Source of the DNA: Octopus sinensis
Taxonomy: Eukaryota
Reading direction: 5' to 3'
DNA length: 64,000 nucleotides
Assembly (NCBI RefSeq): GCF_006345805.1
Contig: NC_043003.1
Location: 16,058,001 to 16,122,000, forward strand
Part shown: piece by piece, positions 54,132-64,000 of the stretch
Numbering within the stretch: the first letter of the stretch is position 1
How the letters are laid out: each line of letters opens with the position of its first letter
Program-made: the position numbers and the translations under genes
Notes under the pieces: model-generated
What the model saw: only the letters and a program-made list of their open reading frames with translations
Database searches by the model: none
What the model was told of the DNA's origin: nothing

Positions 54132-55559
54132 AGCATTACAAGATACTAACACATGTTTAGTATATTGTTAGTTAAAAGGAGTAAAATCTAGAGATTATAG
54201 TCAGCATTAGCAGCTCTTAGTCATATTCAGTATTCGCAACTATCAACGAACGTTTTGTTTTTTTTTTAATCTTAATTTCCTCTGTGATACTTCATTTCAC
54301 ATTTGGTTTTAAAAAATAAAAAAAAATTCATTGCCATTGTTAGCGTTCGAGTTATTTTTTATGCTTTTAGTTGTTGTTGTTGATGTTGTTGTTTTTGTTG
54401 TTGTTGTTGTTGCTTTCGTCGTCGTCGTGTTCGATTTGTTGTCTTTGATCTTACCACTAAGTAGACATTGTTGCTCAGAATTTTAATGCTGTTAAATTAG
54501 GATTGGTATTTTTTTTCCATTCTTTAGTTCTTTAAATTTACTTGTATGTTTATTCCCGCTCTCCCACTCTCTCTCTCTTTCTCTCTCGCTCTCTCTCTCT
54601 CTCTCTCTTTCTCTTTCTCTTTCTCTTTCTCTCTCTCCCTCTCTTTCCCTCTCTCTCTCTTTCTTTCTCTCTCTCTCTGCTTTCTTTCTCCCTCTTTATC
54701 TCCTTCTCTCTCCCTCTTTCTCCTTATCCCTCGCTCTCCTCTCCATCTCAGTCTCCTTCTCTCCCCTCTTTCCCTATCTTTTTATTCCCCTCTCTCCCCT
54801 CCCCTTCTCTCTCCTCCTTCTCTCTCTCCCCTTCTCTCTCTCCTCCATATCTCTCTCCTCTCTCTCCCCTGCTCTCTTTCTGCTATTCTCCTCTTCCTCT
54901 CTCCTAATGATTCTTCCCTCTTTCCCTTTTTGACCCAGGTTCCTTCTTCGTTTCCTTTATCCCTCTATCATTTTCTGTTGATACTTTCTATGCAATATTT
55001 TTTTCTTTTTCTTTTGTGCTAGTTTTATTCTCTCAATTCCTACTTTCTTTTTAAAAGAAAGACGGAAGAGTAACAAACAAAACAAAAGCTAAATCAAAGA
55101 AACAAAATGAAAAAAAAAACCAAACAAAATATAACGAAACCAATATAAGTAACTGAAACGAGTAAAAACACCTATTTATGTCTTAACGGCTTGAGTCCAC
55201 GAAATTCCCATGCAGGAGAGCGCTCCACAAGGGAGGCGATTTTGCTCTGGTTGTGTAGATAAGATGACAGATAGCTAATCGAATTTCTTACAAAACTATC
55301 AGATAAGCAACAAAGCAACAAATAGCATATTATCCTTCAGATTGAATGAAGTGTTGTATGAGCGATACATGGAATTTAATTTAAATGACTCGTAATGTTA
55401 TCTATCTGGATTTTCTTAGCATTGATTTCGTTTCTCTCTACATCTATCGTCCGACAAAATTTTTACGTTTCTTTTTGTTCTTTTCTTTCTATTTTAGTGT
55501 CGCCATTTGCATCGTGTGTATGTATATACTTACATATATTTGCATATCAATGTATATAT

Positions 55560-55604
<45 letters not shown>

Positions 55605-55714
55605 ATATATATATATATATATTCATGTACTATATGTACATGTCATGTAAATATATACATCCATGTTCTGATATGTGTGTACATGAATATATATACATAT
55701 ATATATACTTATAC

Positions 55715-55759
<45 letters not shown>

Positions 55760-55930
55760 CATATACATAAAATATATATACATAATATATATATACTTAT
55801 ACATATATTAACATATATATATATATACATATACATATATATATATAAGATATACATATACATATATAATACAATATATATATACATATTATATATATAG
55901 ATATATATATATATATGAATAGATAGATAA

Positions 55931-55994
<64 letters not shown>

Positions 55995-56550
55995 TAGATA
56001 GATATCATTTGCTTGTCTTTTATACTTTTATGGTGCCAATTGGACACTGCATTTGGAAAAGGGTTTAATTTTATGGCGCCGAAAGAAAAAAAGAGATTTA
56101 AAACTTTGCGCAAATACACACAGTTTTGTAAACAAGCCATTTTAAAACGTAGGACAAACAAACACTTTAAAAACAAAACACTTGCTTCAAACTTTGTGGG
56201 TCTTTTTGTTTTATTTTATTTTCGGGATTTAAGGTATATTTTTGCCCCTTAAAAGTATACACACGTACGTATGTATACACACGTGACCGACCAGGCTATA
56301 TAATGTGTGTGTGTGTGTGTGTGTGTGTGTTTGTGTATTACGTATCATACATATACTTATGCAAACATACTTAGTGCCTATGTAAGTGTGTACTTACATA
56401 CTCATTTCCTTTTCAAATAAATGCATATGCGTTTGTGCGTGTGTGTGCTCGCACACGCGTGCGTGTCTGTGAGTATGTTATGTATGTAATTATGTGTGCG
56501 TGTGTGGATATATATAAATATAATATATGTATATATATATATACGTACAT

Positions 56551-56612
<62 letters not shown>

Positions 56613-56623
56613 TATATATATAA

Positions 56624-56908
56624 CGTGACCGACCAGGCTATCAGGTGTTACACAATGGTCACAATGCGCTTCGCATTGTTTTGGCCTTCAAATGATGCCA
56701 CTACGCTGGCTAAGCGAGCAGGCCAACAGAAGAAAGAGAGAAAGTTGTGGCCAAAGAGTACAGCAGGGATCGCGACCACCCCCTGCCGAAGCCTCGTGGA
56801 GCTTTAGGTGTTTTCGCTCTATAAACACTCACAACGCCCGGTCTAGGAATCGAAACCGCGATCCTACGACCGCGAGTCCGCTGCCCGAACCACTGGGCCA
56901 TTGCGCCT

Positions 56909-56910
<2 letters not shown>
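56624..56910 (-). mobile_element. tRNA-derived SINE family C
   Basis: Head ggaggcgcaatggcccagtggt...ggtttcgattcc; a related copy lies at ~3800-3936(-). Confidence 0.85.
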
Positions 56911-56968
<58 letters not shown>

Positions 56969-57145
56969 ATATTAGGAAGTAAATCCAAATTAACAGGGAA
57001 AAATTAGATTTAGGATTAAATCTAATTTTATAGTATAAATATATATATATATATATATAAAATTAGAGATAAAACCACTATTAGGCAAATCAAACAGTTT
57101 GATAGTTATATATATTTTAAAAAATATAATAATATATATATATAA

Positions 57146-57184
<39 letters not shown>

Positions 57185-57189
57185 AAAAA

Positions 57190-57430
57190 GGTGTAATATA
57201 ATTAATTTAATAAAATTAATAAATTTCACCTAGTAGTTTTATCGGTATGGAAAAAAACATATTTGGTAAGGGTTATATTAATTATAATAAAGGGTTAATT
57301 GCAACAAGTTGCTCAAAATCGCATACCGAAAATATTAGAAATGGCAGCCAAATAGGTCACCATTTCCCCTACTAGTAAAAAAAGTCTCCACAAACAATCA
57401 GAATTTGCAACCCGTATATGGTAAAGAGAA
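57190..57430. repeat. Distant relative of the 553-bp array unit, nested between inverted repeats of the 1.3-kb-type element
   Basis: aaatttcacctagt...tcggtatg...cgcataccgaaaatattagaaatggcagccaaa matches the array's aatttcaccaagt...tcagtatg...cgcatactgaactcgttagaaatagcagctaaa. Confidence 0.7.
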
Positions 57431-57650
57431 AGAAAATAACGAAAACACAAATAGGCTTTTTATATATATTTAAATATTTATAAGTATAAATTATTAATTT
57501 AGATATTCTTTTAATTTTTACTTTAATTTGAATATTTTAAATTTTGAATTTTATAATTTATGTATTTTTTTTTTATTAATTTTATTTCTATGTATTGGTT
57601 TATGTTTTTCACTGTTTGATTTGCCTAATAGTCGTTTTATTTCTAATTTA

Positions 57651-57694
<44 letters not shown>

Positions 57695-57703
57695 ATGTAT
57701 GTT

Positions 57704-57744
<41 letters not shown>

Positions 57745-58876
57745 TGTGGCAACCCGTCGGTTGCGACGACGAGAGTTCCAGTTGATTCGATCAACGGAAC
57801 CCTTTCAATGCCCACCGGAGGGGGGAGGTAGCGCCCAATTTGAGAATCTAGAAGACGTATGTCCATGGGTCCACACAGTCAGAATAAACCCGAAATCACA
57901 TGGTTGGAAAGTGAGCTTCTTAACCATGCATATATGTACATATAAATTTACACGACGGGCTTCCACACAGTTTCTGTCTACGAAATTTACTCACAGGATA
58001 TTGTTTGGCTCACGATGGCAGTAGATGACACTTGTCCAAGGTGCCACACTATGGGATTGAACCCGAAACAACGTAGGTGCAAAATGACCTTCTCCACACA
58101 GACACGCCTGCGTTTGTATATATTTTTTCTCATTCTCTCAAATAATCTGATGAAACTAGACACAAGAGTGGCTGTGTAGTAAGTAGCCTGCTTACCAACC
58201 ACATGGTTCCGGGTTCATTCCCACTGTGTGGCACCTTGGGCAAGTGTATTCTACTATAGCCTTCTGAGTGGAGTTGATAGACGGAAACTGAAAGCCCGTC
58301 CTATATATGTGTGTGTGTGTGTGTTTGTGGATCTTTGTTTGTCCCCTACCATCGGTTGACAACCGATGCTGGTGTGTTTACGCCCCCGCAACTTAGCGGT
58401 TCGACAAAAGAGACCGATAGAATAAGTAATAGGCTTACAAAGAATAAGTCCTGGGTGTTGATTTGTTCGAGAAAAGCCGGTGCTCCAGCATGGCCACAGT
58501 CACATGACTGAAACAAGTGAAAGATTAAAAGAGTAAACTATTTCAACTTTAACGTACTAAAAAGCTTCACAAGTTGGATGGAAATGACTTCTGGCCGTCC
58601 CTTTTCGTTATTTCTTTCTTTCTTTTTTTCTGTTATTCAACTTCTATCAAGGTCCAGTTCGTTTTCCATCTTACTTTAGCAGTTGATGAAATGGGCAAAA
58701 GTCAAATCCTGGGAGTCGATACAATCAGCTGCGAGGCTGAAATGAATCACTTGAGCGTGGCAGCTTTGCCAGCTGTTTAGTAATGACAATTCTCTAAATA
58801 ACGTAACCCCGCTGGTGTCGAACGAAGAGGGAGGAGAACAGCAACAATAGTGAAATCTAAGATAGGTGGAATTGTA

Positions 58877-59441
58877 TTGGGTTGTCCGGAAAGTTCGTGC
58901 CGTTTTATAGTAGCTTACCTTTCGACTTATTTTAGAACATGGTTGAGTCCATAAAATAGGATTTGACTACACCTCCATTTAGAGCACAGTCTAAGCTATC
59001 TTTTCGTGGAAGAAGGTTTATGTTCCTATAACCTGTGTTAATTCTGTAACCCTTTAAAATGGAAGATAAGAAAGTTCATTTTTGGCACTTGATGCTTTGG
59101 GAATCAGACAAAAATTGCTGCAGCTCGGCTGGGATGTGTTACCCCACCCTCCATATTCATCAGATATTGATCCTTCGGATTTCCACTTATTCATGTCTCT
59201 GCAGATTAGTCTTAATGGTAAAAATTTCAATTCCTTGGATGACATAAAAAGATACCTTGATGAATTCTTTGCCATGAAACCACCTCAATTCTGGGAAGAG
59301 GGCATCTTCAAGTTAAAGGAAAGATGGAGACGCATTGTGCAACAAAATGATTCATATTTGGTTGATTAAAAATGTAATGGCAAGTATCAATTGACCTTTT
59401 TCTTTTCTTAAAAATCGGCACGAACTTTCTGGACAACCCAA
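58877..59441 (+). mobile_element. Complete non-autonomous mariner derivative (565 bp) with both TIRs and TA TSD
   Basis: TA-ttgggttgtccggaaagttcgtgccg...cggcacgaactttctggacaacccaa-TA; MEDKKVHF..HLML fused to PHPPYSSDIDPSDFHLF. Confidence 0.95.
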
Positions 59442-59550
59442 TATATATATATTTCGTTGTTTTGCTAAATTTTTCTTGAGAACATTTCTTAGTGGTAAGA
59501 CCATAGTGGATTTATCTAGCTCAGGGTGTCCACACAGTGGTTTCCCTCTA

Positions 59551-59594
<44 letters not shown>

Positions 59595-59619
59595 ATATAT
59601 ATATATATATATATATATA

Positions 59620-59768
59620 TTGGGTCATCCCATAAATAATGCGCTGTTTTTTTTCACTTCTATTTTTCAAAATTAAGATGAATAAAGTTCTATTTTAATC
59701 TAGACTATATCCTTATTTTCTACAATGCTCTTCCATCTATCTGCTAGACTTGCAAGGCCACTCCTCCA
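59620..59768 (-). mobile_element. 3' end of the second mariner family
   Basis: TA-ttgggtcatcccataaataatgc is the reverse complement of the 13909 end; downstream sequence matches 13770-13880. Confidence 0.85.
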
Positions 59769-59845
59769 TTAAAAATGTAACGGCAAGTATCTATTGACCT
59801 TTTTCTTTCCTCAAAAAATCGGCACGAACTTTCCGGACAACCCAA
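59769..59845 (+). mobile_element. Isolated mariner 3' end
   Basis: Same 3' subterminal sequence and TIR as 59370-59441. Confidence 0.85.
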
Positions 59846-60234
59846 TACTTAGTGACGTTTATTTCTTTCCTTAGGAACCCGAGCGACATAAATGATGTGA
59901 ACTTACGTCAATCGTTGATAGATCGAGTTTTCAGTTTTTGTCTCGAATCGCTAAGAGCTTAACGTTTATTTTTTCTCAAAATTCACCAACGCTCAGCGCA
60001 AATTAAATTAGAGATTTATTGACGTAAATACTTGTATGTTATCGTTTCATAGTGAAGTATTTGAATAATATTATATTCACATAATATACATATTATACAG
60101 AGGAATTTGATATCAATTTAGCAAGGTTTAAATATTAAATGAAATATCTACTATTGTTTTAATAATAACTTTTTTATGCAGATATCTTTTTTTTTCCGAA
60201 ATTTCAGTGGCTTCTTTTTGGAATTAGTCATCGC

Positions 60235-60306
<72 letters not shown>

Positions 60307-60572
60307 GTTTCATCGGTTTTTATGTTGTTTTTTTAACTTATTGGTTTGTTTTATTTTAATCGTGTTTTTTCTCCTCCTTTTTTTTTCTCACTTCCATATC
60401 TACTTAAAATAATGTTTCCATACTTTTCGAAAGTTATTAAAACATAATCTTCCAAATATTTCTACAAGAGTGCGGTATGTATTCCATCACAGATGGCTGT
60501 TTATGTATTCTCACGTCCATATTCTTCTCTGGGCTCTCTCTGACAAATCTAGCTTTTCTAGAGCTCTCTCTC

Positions 60573-60604
<32 letters not shown>

Positions 60605-60683
60605 GTCTCTCTCTCTCTCTCTCTCTTCTCTCCTCTCTCCGTCTTCTCTCTGTCTCTTATCTCTCTCTCTCTCTTCTCCTCTC

Positions 60684-60752
<69 letters not shown>

Positions 60753-60896
60753 CTCAATATGTGCGTGCGTGTGTGTGTTCACTATGTTTGTTTAAGTTTT
60801 TAAAAAGGAAAAAATGAAAAATATAATAGAAAAAAAGAGAGTGGAAATGTGAAGGAAAACTTGATCGAAATTGACAGCTATCAATCTATCTATCTA

Positions 60897-60970
<74 letters not shown>

Positions 60971-62429
60971 ATATATAAATATACATACATGTATGTATAC
61001 ATATATATTTATGTATACATGCATAGTTCTATATATATATATATAATTGTGTGTATGTGTGTATGCATGTATGTATGTATGTGTGTTTGGAGAAAGTGAG
61101 AGGGAGAAAGTGTGAGAAGAGGAAGAAAGAAAAAAGAGTATTGTGAAAGCGAGAGAGAAGTGAGTGTGTGTGTGTGTGAAGCGGGGCAGAAGGACACATC
61201 ACCCTGATTTATTTGTTCATTATTAATTACATTAGTTAATGTCAACTTATAACAATCATACTCATGCGTATCTTAAACACATACGTGATATATATTATAT
61301 ATATATTATATATAATATATATTATATATATATATATAATATATATAATATATATACATGCATATATGTGTATATATACATAGTATGTACATAGATACGT
61401 ACATACATACATACTGATGTAGGCGCGGGAGTGGCTGTGTGGTAAGCTTGCACCACACATATATAATGTGTTGGTGTGTTTTAGGCAACGTATTTACAGT
61501 ATAGGCATTAAATGTATGCACTTATGGGGCTTCGTAGGGATAACAGAAAGTGATATAACAGCGAGAAGATAGCGAAAATATGACAGGCAATAGTCAGGTT
61601 TTCCTAAGGCGGCGAGCTGGCAGAAGTGTTAGCGCGCCGGGCAAAATGCTTAGCGGTGTTTCGTCTGCCGCTACGTTCTGAGTTCAAATTCCGCCAAGGT
61701 CGACTTTGCCTTTCATCTTTCGGGGTCGATTAAATAAGTACCAGTTATGCACTGGGGTCGATGTAATCGACTTAATCCATTTGTCCTTGTTTATCCCCAT
61801 TATGTTTAGCCCCTTGTAGGCAATAAAGAAATGATAAACGTTAACACGCCAGTCGAAATGCTTAGCGGTGTTTCGTCTGCCGCTACGTTCTGAGTTCAAA
61901 TTCCACCGAGGTCGACTTTGCCTTTCATCCTTTTGGGGTCGATAAATTAAGTACGAGTTGCACACTCGGGTCGATCTAAACGACTGAACCCCTCCTCAAT
62001 AATTTCGGACCTTGTGCTTAGAGCATTCTTTATTTAAGGCGGCAAGCTGACATAATCGGGCTTTGTGTCTAGAGTAGAAAAGAATAGACAGGTTTTCTTG
62101 TTCGGGTTGGTGATGGAGGAGGGATTTTAGTTCTTAATGCTTAACCTTATCGATGGAAGTGTATTTATAGTCCAAAAAGTAATTTGGAGAGATTATATTT
62201 GTGTGTGTGTGTCCGTGTTTGTGTGTGCATAGGTGTGTCCGTGTGTGTGTGTACACATAGGGACAAGTGTGGCTGTGTGGTAATTAGTTCGTTTCCCAGC
62301 CACATGGTTCCTGGTTCAGTCCCACAGCGTGGCACCTTGAGCAAGTGTTTTTAACTTGTGAGTAGATTTGCTAAACTGAAAGTTACAGAAGCCCATTATA
62401 CGTATGTGTGTGTGTGTGAGTGTGTATGT

Positions 62430-62503
<74 letters not shown>

Positions 62504-62980
62504 CTGTATGTATTTGTTCTCACCACCATTTGACACCCCATAATCTAGTGGTTCGGCAAAAGAATATATAAAGATTGACAAACAGACAGACAGACAGACT
62601 GACAGATGATGCACAATACAGCATGCATCAGAAGACTGGAAATAAATAGATATATATTAATACTTCTTTGTGGGTGAAATAAGAATATGGAAATATTATT
62701 TCTCTGCTACAGATGTACGGAAAAAAAGTTGCTAAATCTTACTTCAAGGTTTTACGTTTTGTTGGCCACAACTGAAATATAATTACCGTTATGAGGCTGT
62801 TTTGACATAAATGTCGTTACTGGGCCGTTTGTTATGGCTGACGTTGCTAATGCTTTATCCCCAACCTACATCAGCTCTGATCGAAAAGACCTGTAATGAA
62901 AGCCAATCCGTTATGACCATCCCTGCATTTTTCTAATACAATTTAGAATTACATTAATCAGTGTATCCTTCACTTTATTA

Positions 62981-63528
62981 TTGGGTTGTCCGGAAAGTTC
63001 GTGCCGATTTATAGTAGCTTACATTTCGACTTATTTTAGAACATGGTTGAGTCCATAAAATAGGATTTGACTACACCTCCATTTAGAGCACAGTTTAAGC
63101 TATCTTTTCGTGGAAGAAGGTTTATGTTCCTGTAACCTGTGTTAATTCTGTCACCCTTTAAAACGGAAGATAAGAAAGTTAATTTTCGGCACTTGATGCT
63201 TTTCATTTTCCGTGAAGGGAAAAATACCTCACAAGAAACGAAAGAAATATGCGCAGTTTACGGTGATGTTTCTTTATCCGAAAGAACTGTACGGAAGTGG
63301 TTCGCAAGGTTCCGAGCTATAGATTGTAGCCTTATTGATAAAGAGCGATCAAGCAGGCCATCCGCTACAGATGGTGACCAAATCAAGTCATTAATTGAGT
63401 ATAACCCTCATTGCACAACCCGAGAATTGGCAGAAACCCACAACCTATCAATATCCGTCGTTCATGAGCACCTGGTAAAGCTTGGGTAATGGCAAGTATT
63501 TATGGCACGAACTTTCCGGACAACCCAA
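62981..63528 (+). mobile_element. Non-autonomous mariner derivative retaining the N-terminal HTH region (same TIR family)
   Basis: Both TIRs with TA flanks; EDKKVNFRHLMLFIFREGKN..CAVYGD..WFARFR..RSSRP..TTRELA. Confidence 0.93.
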
Positions 63529-63668
63529 TATAATTTGACAGAAAATACGCCCTGAGTTCAAATTCCGTTGTGGTTGATTTTACTTTTCACTTTTTCGGGG
63601 TCGATGTAATCGACTTACCCCTCCCCCGAATTTGGTGGCCTTGTGCCAAAATATTCCCAAGCTAGTAT

Positions 63669-63744
63669 AGCTTGGGTAGTGGCAAGTATTTATTGACCTT
63701 TTTCTTTCCTTTAAAAATCGGCACGAACTTTCCGGACAACCCAA
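63669..63744 (+). mobile_element. Extra mariner 3' end
   Basis: agcttgggtagtggcaagtatttattgacc...ggcacgaactttccggacaacccaa-TA. Confidence 0.85.
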
Positions 63745-64000
63745 TAGAAAGTGGTCTGTGATATGAAGAAGATTAAGCTGCGGCTTTTAGCAGGTCAAAT
63801 AGTTCTCTACAGGCGTACAGTTATGTTACATGGAGCGTAAGACTTCCCATTTCTTTAAGGAGGCGAACTGCTTCTGGACAACAGCTCTCGGCGGCGAGAC
63901 GAGTGTTACATTCGGAATGTTAATGTGTCTCTAAGTAGCTAAATTTATAAAAGTAGAGTAAGTTCCCAATTGCATGTACTGAAGTAGTTTTAAAATATTC

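Overview
This is AT-rich, microsatellite-dense eukaryotic DNA. Its SINE families and 5S sequence point to a cephalopod, most likely Octopus (inference, no database search). No intact protein-coding gene is recognisable, and almost all ORF-track entries are translated microsatellites or repeats. The window is a mosaic of tRNA-derived SINEs, internally deleted Tc1/mariner elements, three non-autonomous Helitrons, LINE fragments (Tx1/L1, RTE, CR1-like), a Neptune-type Penelope-like (PLE) GIY-YIG remnant and a truncated 5S rRNA copy. The main feature is a 12.6-kb near-homogeneous array of a 551-553-bp unit (30281-42867). Each unit carries a complete type I hammerhead ribozyme (HHR) with a self-complementary ACGUACGU stem III. 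Two copies face left and 21 face right across a head-to-head inversion, and both outer ends sit in (TA)n. Several other (TA)n-embedded fold-back elements carry different HHRs: an intact one at 50870-50930, a U3-A8 covariant at the exact centre of a 297-bp palindrome, and variant or half motifs elsewhere. A distant relative of the array unit shows compensatory base changes. Together these suggest a TA-microsatellite-targeted, ribozyme-bearing PLE/retrozyme system. All RNA folds were done by eye and are untested.
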